Origin: Geotalea uraniireducens Rf4
Lineage (GTDB): Bacteria; Desulfobacterota; Desulfuromonadia; Geobacterales; Geobacteraceae
NCBI RefSeq assembly: GCF_000016745.1
Contig: NC_009483.1
Location: 1,110,001 to 1,142,000 of the forward strand
Direction: 5' to 3'
Length of the DNA stretch: 32,000 nt
A program made the translations under genes and the position numbers. Each line of letters opens with the position of its first letter. Position 1 is the first letter of the stretch. Below are positions 7,836-14,727 of the stretch, one piece after another. Under the pieces are notes generated by a model. The model did not search any database, was not told the origin of the DNA, and saw only the letters and a program-made list of their open reading frames with translations.

Positions 7836-8828
7836 TTATTTATAGAGCCCCGCCATCTCCGTCACGATTCCCTTTACCTCTTCCCGCAGATCCTCCGGTT
7901 CCAGCACCTCGGCGTAGCGTCCATAGGAAAGAATCCAGGAAATAATCTCCATCCTCCCCCCTGCGGTAAAGGAGAGGAGCGCGCTTCCGTCCCGTTCCCG
8001 CCGTATCTTCTGGGTCGGGTGCCAGAGCCGGTCGCCGACCGCATGGGCTATCTGCGGGGAGAATCTGACCTTGACCGTCATGGCCTTCTCTTCCACTATG
8101 CCGAAGGCGCTCTTCAGTTGCTCCTCTGGCCGGAATTCCTCCGGCATTTCAAACCGTTCCTTTTCCACCCTCACCTGGCTGATCCGCTCCACGGCAAAGG
8201 TGCGGAGCGCCTTGCGGTTATGGGCGTAGCCGAGCAGGTAGAGCCCACCCTTGTAGAAGATCAGCGTGTAGGGATCGACCTTGTATTCGGCGGTTCTTCT
8301 TTTGCCCGGAGGGCGATAGCCCAGGGTCAGCCGGTACTGGTAGAGGAGGGCGTCGCGCATCAGCTTCAATGGCTCCGCAACCTTGCCATAGTCCCGTCCC
8401 CCCTGCAAAAGCGGCAGGGACACCCTGGCGATCCGCTCCATGTGGGCGGCGTAGCGGGGAGGAAGAACCGAATTCACCTTGTGGAAGATCGCTTCCATGT
8501 CCTCCCGGAAGGGGGTTCCCTTGAGGATGTCGAGCTGGGAGCGGAGAAAGGAGAGGGTCATCAGTTCCTGGAGGGTGAAGTTGATCGGGGGGATATCCTT
8601 GAAACGGGTGAGGAAGCGGTAGGCCTTGCTCCCGTTCAGCCATTCGGAGACCAGCGGATAGCCGGCCTCCAGGATGGCATTCAGGTCGCGGTGGATGGTG
8701 CGGCGGTTGACGCCGGTTTCCTCGGCCAGTTCTTCGATGGTGATGCCGTGGCGGGCTTCGATGAGGCGGATGGTGTCATGGACCCGCCCAGCCTGGGAAT
8801 ATTTTTTGGCCGGTTTTCCCTTCTGCAT
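7836..8828 (-). CDS. HTH + WYL domain transcriptional regulator
   Basis: There is an N-terminal wHTH (ITIEELAEETGVNRRTIHRDLNAILEAGYPL). The central WYL-type segment is YKVDPYTLIFYKGGLYLLGYAHNRKALRTFAVERI. A C-terminal WCX-like region follows. Confidence 0.85.
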   Translation of the reverse strand: MQKGKPAKKYSQAGRVHDTIRLIEARHGITIEELAEETGVNRRTIHRDLNAILEAGYPLVSEWLNGSKAYRFLTRFKDIPPINFTLQELMTLSFLRSQLDILKGTPFREDMEAIFHKVNSVLPPRYAAHMERIARVSLPLLQGGRDYGKVAEPLKLMRDALLYQYRLTLGYRPPGKRRTAEYKVDPYTLIFYKGGLYLLGYAHNRKALRTFAVERISQVRVEKERFEMPEEFRPEEQLKSAFGIVEEKAMTVKVRFSPQIAHAVGDRLWHPTQKIRRERDGSALLSFTAGGRMEIISWILSYGRYAEVLEPEDLREEVKGIVTEMAGLYK

Positions 8829-8830
8829 GG

Positions 8831-10186
8831 CTACTGGGGCTGTCCTTCACCGGCCGGCTTTTTCTTTTGCGGCCGGCGGCGGCGCTTCTTCTCGCCTGCC
8901 TCACCCTCGCCGGCGGGTTTCTCGGCGCTCTTTTCAGCAGGCTTCTCAGTATGTTTTCCCGCTGGTTTGCCATGTCTTGGAGCGGGAGCCCTGCCGTGGG
9001 GTTTCGCTGCGGGTTTCGGCCTCGGCTTGCTCCGTATGTAATCGTGGACAAACAGCTCATCCTCGGCCCACTCCACCGGAATCCTCTCCTTGATGTACTC
9101 GTGGATGTCCTCCAGGTACAGCGCCCCATCCTCGTCGGCCAGGGAGATGGCTTTCCCTTCGGCCCCGGCCCGGGCGGTGCGGCCGATGCGGTGCACGTAG
9201 TCCTCCGCGTCCTGGGGGAGGTCGTAGTTGATGACGTGGGAGACCCCATCGATATGGAGGCCGCGGGAGGCGACGTCGGTGGCGATCATGATGGGCAGTT
9301 TACCGCTCTTGAAGTCTTCCAGGATGCGGAGGCGTTTCCTCTGCTCCACGTCGCCTGAGATGACCCGCGCCGGGAAGTCGTTGACATTGAGCCGGTCAAA
9401 GAGGAATTCCGCTTCCCGCTTGGTGTTGACGAAGATCATGGTCCGCTCCATCCCCTCCTTGCGCAGGAGCCCCAACAGAAGCGGGAACTTCTCCTTGCGC
9501 GACACGTGGTAGATGACCTGCTCGACCCGCTCGGCGGTCATCTGCTCCGGGGTGACGGCGACCTTTTCCGGCACGTTCATGAACTCGTAGGCCAGCTCCA
9601 TGACCCGCTGGTTGAGGGTGGCGGAGAACATCAGGTTCTGGCGCTCATCGAATGGGGGGAGGCGGCGCAGGATGAAGCGCAGGTCGGCGATGAACCCCAT
9701 GTCGAACATCCGGTCCGCCTCGTCGATAACGAGCGCCTCGATGTTCTTCAGGGAGTAGACCTTCTGCTTCAGGTAGTCGATGAGCCGGCCCGGGGTGCCG
9801 ATGACGATGTCCACCCCCTCCTTGAGGGCGTTCTTCTGCTTCATGTAGTCCACGCCGCCGTAAATGGCCTGGATGGTGAAGCCGGTATGTTTACCCAGCT
9901 GCTGGGCGTCCTTCTCGATCTGCACCACCAGCTCCCGGGTGGGGGCGAGGATCAGCGCCCGCGGGTGATGTTCGGTGCCGACTTTTTCCTGTTTCAGGAG
10001 GCGGGTGAAGAGGGAGATGAGAAATGCGGCGGTCTTGCCCGTGCCGGTCTGGGCTTGGCCTGCCACGTCCTTGCCCGCCAGGGCCGGCGGCAGGGCCTTT
10101 TCCTGGATGGGTGTGCATTCGGTGAAGCCGGTGTAGGCGATGCCCTGGAGCACCTGTTCCGGCAGATTTAAATCGGTGAATTTCAT
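8831..10186 (-). CDS. DEAD-box ATP-dependent RNA helicase (RhlE/CsdA-like) with a basic low-complexity C-terminal tail
   Basis: Motifs present are the Q motif (FTECTPIQ), AQTGTGKT, PTRELV, VIDEADRM, SAT and HRIGRTARAG. The tail is KPAAKPHGRAPAPRHGKPAGKHTEKPAEK...KKRRRRPQKKK. The preferred start is ATG at 10186 (MKFTDLNL) after aaagga; the track start is 10195. Confidence 0.92.
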   Translation of the reverse strand: MKFTDLNLPEQVLQGIAYTGFTECTPIQEKALPPALAGKDVAGQAQTGTGKTAAFLISLFTRLLKQEKVGTEHHPRALILAPTRELVVQIEKDAQQLGKHTGFTIQAIYGGVDYMKQKNALKEGVDIVIGTPGRLIDYLKQKVYSLKNIEALVIDEADRMFDMGFIADLRFILRRLPPFDERQNLMFSATLNQRVMELAYEFMNVPEKVAVTPEQMTAERVEQVIYHVSRKEKFPLLLGLLRKEGMERTMIFVNTKREAEFLFDRLNVNDFPARVISGDVEQRKRLRILEDFKSGKLPIMIATDVASRGLHIDGVSHVINYDLPQDAEDYVHRIGRTARAGAEGKAISLADEDGALYLEDIHEYIKERIPVEWAEDELFVHDYIRSKPRPKPAAKPHGRAPAPRHGKPAGKHTEKPAEKSAEKPAGEGEAGEKKRRRRPQKKKPAGEGQPQ

Positions 10187-10223
10187 TTGTAACATCCTTT
10201 TATTACATTATTTCAACAGGATA

Positions 10224-10252
10224 TCATTAACACACCGTTGTGCAAATGGCAA
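10224..10252 (-). promoter_or_regulatory. possible sigma70-type promoter for the helicase-WYL operon
   Basis: The minus strand reads TTGCCA, then a 17-nt spacer, then TAATGA, about 30 nt upstream of the helicase start. This is pattern matching only. Confidence 0.3.
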
Positions 10253-10721
10253 TGGGAAGAGTCGGCCGGATAATGAGCCGCAGCCGATAACGCCTTGACT
10301 TGACGGGTGTTCGGACGTATTTTAGGGCGCGTTAATAGGTTTTTTCTGAGCGGCTTTGTGCGCTTGCGGGGGGACATGCTGAAAGAGATGAAAACGCATA
10401 CCCATCATTGTGGGAGAAAAGGCCGGGAAGAAGGCCCTTCGAGACAGGCTGAAAGCTGTGGTAGGGAGATGGGAGCTGGAGGAAAGGCTCTGGCGTGTGC
10501 GTTTTGGATCGATTCGGGGCGATAGCGAGCTGGAAGAGAGAATTTTGAAGGATTGAAGCACAGGGTCTCAAGTACCTTGCACAAGGAAAAAGCTACCTGT
10601 ATAAGGAGCTTGTAAGATGCACTTGAAAACGACAAAAGTAACCTATATAGGCAACCACGACGCTCCCTATATAGGGAAACCTACTAATAAGTTGTTGTGC
10701 AATGAATCGAATGAGAAACCC

Positions 10722-11087
10722 ATGAAAATACAATCGATCGTACCACGAGCTGCCATCATCTTCGTCTCTGCACTAGTCGGTGCGTCACTGGACAAAGTAG
10801 GAGACTTTGATCAAGTGTATTCAGCCGTTTGCGGCGGGATTGTTGCTGCGGTAGCTGTTGGCATCGGAGCATTATTCAATACCAAAACGAAGGAATTAGA
10901 AAACACAACTCCGCCGAGAAAGTTACTAGGGCTACGAATCGGGGTTATTGGCTTTTGTGTGGCAGTAGTCGGTTGGCTAGTTGCTGTATATGCTTCCCAG
11001 CCTGCCGGTTTCGTACTTGCTGCCTCTGGTATTGGAATAGGCTTTGTAGGCATGGGAATCCACTACGTGAACATGTTCCGTAAGTAA
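10722..11087 (+). CDS. small integral membrane protein (about 4 predicted TM helices), hypothetical
   Basis: MKIQSIVPRAAIIFVSALVGASL...GGIVAAVAVGIGALF...IGVIGFCVAVVGWLVAVY...VLAASGIGIGFVGMGI shows repeated hydrophobic G/A/V/I-rich stretches. ATG at 10722 is chosen over the track start 10617. Confidence 0.55.
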   Translation: MKIQSIVPRAAIIFVSALVGASLDKVGDFDQVYSAVCGGIVAAVAVGIGALFNTKTKELENTTPPRKLLGLRIGVIGFCVAVVGWLVAVYASQPAGFVLAASGIGIGFVGMGIHYVNMFRK

Positions 11088-11324
11088 ACCGGTGCACAAC
11101 CACTCGGCGGCACGCGGTCTCCGCTTCGCTCCGCCGGTGCGCCTCGACCACGTTATGCATTGAAGGAGAGGTTATGAAGGGTCAATGGATAGGTATCTAT
11201 CAAGGAAGTGCTGAAGGAAGAGCGAAAAAAGGGGACAGATTTATTTTCTGACCTTCCTCGGCCTTCCCTGGAAAAGCTTAGCTCATTGCAAGAGGGCCGC
11301 TTACGCGGCAATGAGTGGGTCGAG

Positions 11325-11732
11325 TCAGGAGCGAGGGCGATGGAGCATAATTGGCAGATGGGTCTGAAACAGAGTGAAATCCCCATCCGTAGTAAAAATG
11401 GGGATCTTGTGCCGTGCCGCTATGGCGCATATGAGAAAGTCGGTATTTGATCCCTGAATTCCCTTACCACGACAGAGGTTGAAGAATTCAGCTGCCGTCT
11501 CGTAATCACGGGTTGTCAGTTCAAGATCGGGAAAAGTCCGCAGGTGATTGCGCAGCTTCTGGAATTGGGCCTGGTTCTTGACCCCGGAGAGGAGTTCCTG
11601 ACGTACCGGTCCGATCATCTGGACCCGAACCTCCTTGATCAACTCGATTAATTCAGTTACCTCAGGGCCATCATCGGGCAGATTGCGCCGCAGTGCCAGG
11701 GACCATACAGATGTGTCAACAAGGATCTTCAT
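11325..11732 (-). CDS. vapC: type II toxin, PIN-domain ribonuclease VapC
   Basis: MKILVDTSVW (N-terminal acidic Asp), ...IGPVRQELLSG... and ...TDFLICAIAARHKIPIFTTDGDF form the PIN acidic quartet pattern. It overlaps the upstream antitoxin gene by 4 nt. Confidence 0.88.
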   Translation of the reverse strand: MKILVDTSVWSLALRRNLPDDGPEVTELIELIKEVRVQMIGPVRQELLSGVKNQAQFQKLRNHLRTFPDLELTTRDYETAAEFFNLCRGKGIQGSNTDFLICAIAARHKIPIFTTDGDFTLFQTHLPIMLHRPRS

Positions 11733-11929
11733 TGCTTCTTTCGCTGTATCTTATAGTCGTAGTCGGGATCATACTCTACCGAATGGAACAGGTTAATAAT
11801 TTCGGCTTGTTTTCGGCGCTGAATGTATTCCGCAAGTGCTTCGTTAACCACCGCCTTTTTTGTTGCATGTTTGCCGACTGTGCGGGCTTCTTCGAGCAGT
11901 TTGTCGTCAATAGCCAAGTTTGTTGCCAT
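11729..11929 (-). CDS. vapB: type II antitoxin VapB
   Basis: 66 aa, MATNLAIDDKLLEEARTVGKHATKKAVVNEALAEYIQRRKQ, a typical VapB-antitoxin N-terminus. RBS ggaggtgcccc precedes it, with an ATGA-type overlap with vapC. Confidence 0.85.
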   Translation of the reverse strand: MATNLAIDDKLLEEARTVGKHATKKAVVNEALAEYIQRRKQAEIINLFHSVEYDPDYDYKIQRKKQ

Positions 11930-11941
11930 GGGGCACCTCCA

Positions 11942-11980
11942 TTACACAAATATTTACACCTCATATTGTGTAAAGTCAAG
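11942..11980 (-). promoter_or_regulatory. vapBC promoter with overlapping palindromic operator
   Basis: The minus strand reads TTGACT, a 17-nt spacer, then TAAATA. The imperfect palindrome ttacacaaatat...atattgtgtaa (11942-11974) spans the spacer and -10, as expected for an autoregulated TA operon. Confidence 0.5.
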
Positions 11981-12176
11981 CAGACGCTACGATAATTTCA
12001 GGGAAAGGTGGTTTGCTCCACTGCCGCAAAGAAGAAAGCGCCGAATCTGGACGTGGTGTCGGATGCCGCAAACAACGCGGCCCCGCACACGCCCAAAGCT
12101 GTTCGATCAGCAAACCTAACCCAAAAATCAACTTCGCAATTGACATGGGGAATAATATTCTCTAGACTTTTTCCAG

Positions 12177-12386
12177 ATGACCCGCCTACATCATAACCGA
12201 AATTGGAAAATCGCAGTCTTTGGCCGAGAGCACGGCGTTCCGCATTTCCATCTGTGGTGGCCTGATGGACGGGCATCCATAAACCTCGAAACCCTTGAGG
12301 TCATTATCGGAAACCCGCCAGCAGTCCTTCTTGCCGAAGCCCGTACATGGGCGAACGAGAACAGGGAGCGGATCTGGACAGAATGA
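12177..12386 (+). CDS. DUF4160 domain protein
   Basis: 69 aa with WKIAVFGREHGVPHFHLWW, matching the DUF4160 (x)HxPPHFH-type motif. Confidence 0.75.
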   Translation: MTRLHHNRNWKIAVFGREHGVPHFHLWWPDGRASINLETLEVIIGNPPAVLLAEARTWANENRERIWTE

Positions 12387-12411
12387 CAAAAACTGAACCG
12401 GAGATAAAATC

Positions 12412-12855
12412 ATGAATCAACAAAAAATCAAATCCGTTACTGCTGAAGCACCGTCACATTTAACAATATTGTGGCGCTCCGGCAAACATACCAGGGTTGA
12501 TATATCCGAATATTTCGACTCACCCGGGTATGAAAGGCTGAAGGAATCGAAGTTCTTTGAAACTGCTGTAGTCGAAGAATGGGGGCATGGGATAGAGTGG
12601 GCAGATGGAGAAATCGGCATGGACGCAGATTCCCTTTACAGACTGGGAAAAGAGCAGGCTGGCCTTGCCTTCCCGGTGACCGAGTTCAATGCTTGGATGG
12701 AACGTAACGGTCTTTCTCTGAGCGCTGCGGCCAAAGCGCTCGGCATTACACGCCGCACGATCGTGTACTATCACGGCGGACACAAGCCGATTCCCATCTA
12801 TATCAAGCTTGCCTGTATCGGGTGGGAAACCCTTCACTTGGAGCACGCAGCGTGA
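12412..12855 (+). CDS. DUF2442 domain protein with C-terminal helix-turn-helix
   Basis: The N-terminus (LTILWRSGKHTRVDISEYF...FETAVVEEWGHGIEWADGEIGMDADSLY) fits DUF2442. The C-terminus LSLSAAAKALGITRRTIVYYHGG looks like an HTH. Confidence 0.7.
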   Translation: MNQQKIKSVTAEAPSHLTILWRSGKHTRVDISEYFDSPGYERLKESKFFETAVVEEWGHGIEWADGEIGMDADSLYRLGKEQAGLAFPVTEFNAWMERNGLSLSAAAKALGITRRTIVYYHGGHKPIPIYIKLACIGWETLHLEHAA

Positions 12856-12878
12856 AAGAACAACGAGACCTAACCCCC

Positions 12879-13364
12879 ATGGATCTAATTAAGCATAAAT
12901 ATTTGAACAATACTTCCCGCTTTAAAAAATATTCTAATTCAACAACATATAAAATCGAAGCTAAAGAGCCAGACTATTTGTATATCAAGGAATCTCAAAT
13001 ACCTGGTTCTGGTAATGGTTTATTTACAGCAATTGCAATTTACAAGGATGAAGTAATTTCAATTTTCAAAGGAAAGATTTTATCAGATAAAGAAGCACAA
13101 TACAGAGCAACAAATGGTGAAGATGGATATTTTATAAACATGCCCGATGGAACAATATTGGATTCAATGAAAGTGAAGTGTTTTGCTAAATGTGCAAATG
13201 ATGCTTTGGGCTTTGTTAAAACAAAGTATAAAAACAATTCAAAAATAACGCTAGACGAAAATGGTAACGTTTGTATTGTAGCAAATAGAAATATATTGGT
13301 CGGTGAAGAAATATTCTGCAGCTATGGTAATAAATATTGGAAAAAATATTCGGAAAAATGGTGA
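12879..13364 (+). CDS. minimal SET-domain protein (putative protein lysine methyltransferase)
   Basis: IKESQIPGSGNGLFTAIAIYKDEVI is a GxG AdoMet-binding N-SET motif. KCANDALG sits in place of the NHS/C motif. VGEEIFCSYGNKYW is an ELxxxY-type C-terminal SET motif resembling viral vSET GEEITISYGDDYW. Very AT-rich (about 25-33% GC by eye). An alternative GTG start at 12852 overlaps the upstream stop. Confidence 0.7.
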   Translation: MDLIKHKYLNNTSRFKKYSNSTTYKIEAKEPDYLYIKESQIPGSGNGLFTAIAIYKDEVISIFKGKILSDKEAQYRATNGEDGYFINMPDGTILDSMKVKCFAKCANDALGFVKTKYKNNSKITLDENGNVCIVANRNILVGEEIFCSYGNKYWKKYSEKW

Positions 13365-13387
13365 ATTCACCTTCTAAGTGCACCACA

Positions 13388-13495
13388 GGAAGACTATGAG
13401 GAAGACTATGGGGTCAGGGGAAGACTATGGGGTCAGGGGGAAGACTATGGGGTCAGTATGGGGTCAGTGGGGTCAGTATGGGGTCAGGACTTGAT
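13388..13495. repeat. left REP-like array: 3 units of GGAAGACTATGGGGTCAGG plus 3 shorter (TA)TGGGGTCAG units
   Basis: It reads ggaagactatgag gaagactatggggtcagg ggaagactatggggtcaggg ggaagactatggggtcag tatggggtcag tggggtcag tatggggtcaggacttgat. The last 19 bp (13477-13495) are the exact inverted complement of 14471-14489. Confidence 0.9.
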
Positions 13496-13524
13496 AATTT
13501 GAATATCGGTGGTATTCTCTGACC

Positions 13525-14490
13525 ATGGCACGAAAACCCCGCATACACACGCCTGGTGCAATTTACCACGTAATCGTTCGTGGCAATGCACGTCAGGATA
13601 TTTTCTCAGATGATAAGGACCGGTATCGCTTCTATGAGATTCTCCAGAAATCGTGCGAGCGATTCCAGCACCGAATTCACGCCTTTTGCCTGATGACAAA
13701 CCATGTACATCTGGAGATTCAGGTGAGCGATATACCCTTATCAAGAATCATGCAGAACGTGTCTCTGAGGTACACGCAGTGGTTCAACTGGCGGCACAAA
13801 AAGTCGGGTCACGTTTTCCAGGGCAGATATAAGGCTGTTATGGTAGATGCCGACGCTTACCTTCTGGAACTGGCATCCTACATTCACCTCAATCCAGTGC
13901 GGGCGCGGATCGCGGGCCAGCCGGAAAATTACCGGTGGAGCAGTCACCAGGCATATCTTGGCAAGGAGAGCCTTCCATGGCTCGAAACCGATTTCATCCT
14001 TTCCCAGTTCTCCACCAATGTAACGGATGCTCGTATAAAGTTTGTGGTATTTGTGGGCGAGAGATTGGCGGAAGGCCGTCGGGAGGAGTTTCATGGGGAG
14101 AAGAACATCGACAGCCGCATCTTTGGAGATGACCATTTCGTCGATGGCGTGCTTGCAGAGGTGGAATCTCTGCCGGAACAAAAACCTGACGTGAATGCCG
14201 TAGTTGGAGCCGTGAAGAGGCTTTATGATATCCGCGATGATCGTCTCAGTGCGCAGGGTCGAGACCGGGTCACTTCCGAAGCTAGAGGCCTTGCGGCGTG
14301 GGCGACGCTAGAGCTTAGCAGTGGGAAGCTGACGGAGTTAGCGAGGCACGTGGGACGAGACCCCTCGACGTTAACATGTGCCCTGCGACGAATTGAGAAA
14401 CTGCGGGAAAAAGATCCCCTGCTTGTTGATAAAATGGAACGGCTACGGCGTGATTTGCTGGAGTCAAGTTATCAAGTCCTGACCCCATAG
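13525..14490 (+). CDS. REP-associated tyrosine transposase (RAYT, IS200/Y1 HUH family) with a DnaA-C-like HTH C-terminal domain
   Basis: The N-terminus is YHVIVRGNARQDIF...HAFCLMTNHVHLEIQ (HUH motif) ...GHVFQGRYKAV (catalytic Tyr) ...YIHLNPVRA. The C-terminus AAWATLELSSGKLTELARHVGRDPSTLTCALRRIEKLREKDPLL resembles the DnaA domain IV / Bac_DnaA_C helix-turn-helix. Confidence 0.85.
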   Translation: MARKPRIHTPGAIYHVIVRGNARQDIFSDDKDRYRFYEILQKSCERFQHRIHAFCLMTNHVHLEIQVSDIPLSRIMQNVSLRYTQWFNWRHKKSGHVFQGRYKAVMVDADAYLLELASYIHLNPVRARIAGQPENYRWSSHQAYLGKESLPWLETDFILSQFSTNVTDARIKFVVFVGERLAEGRREEFHGEKNIDSRIFGDDHFVDGVLAEVESLPEQKPDVNAVVGAVKRLYDIRDDRLSAQGRDRVTSEARGLAAWATLELSSGKLTELARHVGRDPSTLTCALRRIEKLREKDPLLVDKMERLRRDLLESSYQVLTP

Positions 14491-14515
14491 CATGCTCCTG
14501 ACCCCATAGCATGCT
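14471..14515. repeat. right REP-like array: atcaagt plus 2 units of CCTGACCCCATAGCATGCT (inverted relative to the left array)
   Basis: It reads atcaagtcctgaccccatagcatgct cctgaccccatagcatgct and overlaps the last codons and stop of the RAYT gene. Confidence 0.9.
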
Positions 14516-14727
14516 CTTAGCATGCATGGGTAGCGCTCCCCGTATCTCTATGCCCTCTACAGAAGATTGAATTTGGGGCAACCCGCCGGCCTCGAAACAC
14601 CATAATCGTTACAGCGTCCTCATAGCTTCTTTCAAATCTATTAAAATTTTAATTGACCGTAGCCAATTCTCGGTGGTATCGTCATCGCCGGCAAAACCAA
14701 ATTCCTATCGGTAAGGAGAAAATAAAG

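Larger units (their letters stand above)
13388..14515 (+). mobile_element. RAYT plus flanking REP arrays (domesticated IS200-like unit)
   Basis: A Y1 transposase gene is bracketed by a perfect 19-bp inverted repeat (13477-13495 / 14471-14489) and by arrays of the same GGGGTCAG core on both sides. Confidence 0.7.

Noticed and set aside
8019-9041. 340-aa + strand ORF, and 8776..9249 / 9506..10171 ORFs overlapping the WYL and helicase genes
   Set aside because: They are antisense or off-frame to genes with unambiguous HTH-WYL and DEAD-box motifs. Their composition (Gly/Arg/Pro/Ala-rich) is typical of GC-rich shadow frames.
11174-11251. 25-codon ORF MKGQWIGIYQGSAEGRAKKGDRFIF with a strong aaggagaggtt RBS
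   Set aside because: It is too short and unrecognisable to call. It may be a gene remnant in the island. It is noted because of the good RBS but is not reported as a feature.
12140-12168. TTGACA-17 nt-TAGACT promoter-like match upstream of the DUF4160 gene
   Set aside because: It would place the transcription start only a few nt before the ATG at 12177 (a leaderless mRNA, no RBS). This is plausible but unsupported; pattern match only.
13388-13495. Possible CRISPR array (short direct repeats ending in GGGGTCAG)
   Set aside because: The units are contiguous or nearly contiguous (9-19 bp) with no unique spacers. The same motif is present inverted on the other side of a Y1 transposase gene. This is REP/RAYT architecture, not CRISPR.
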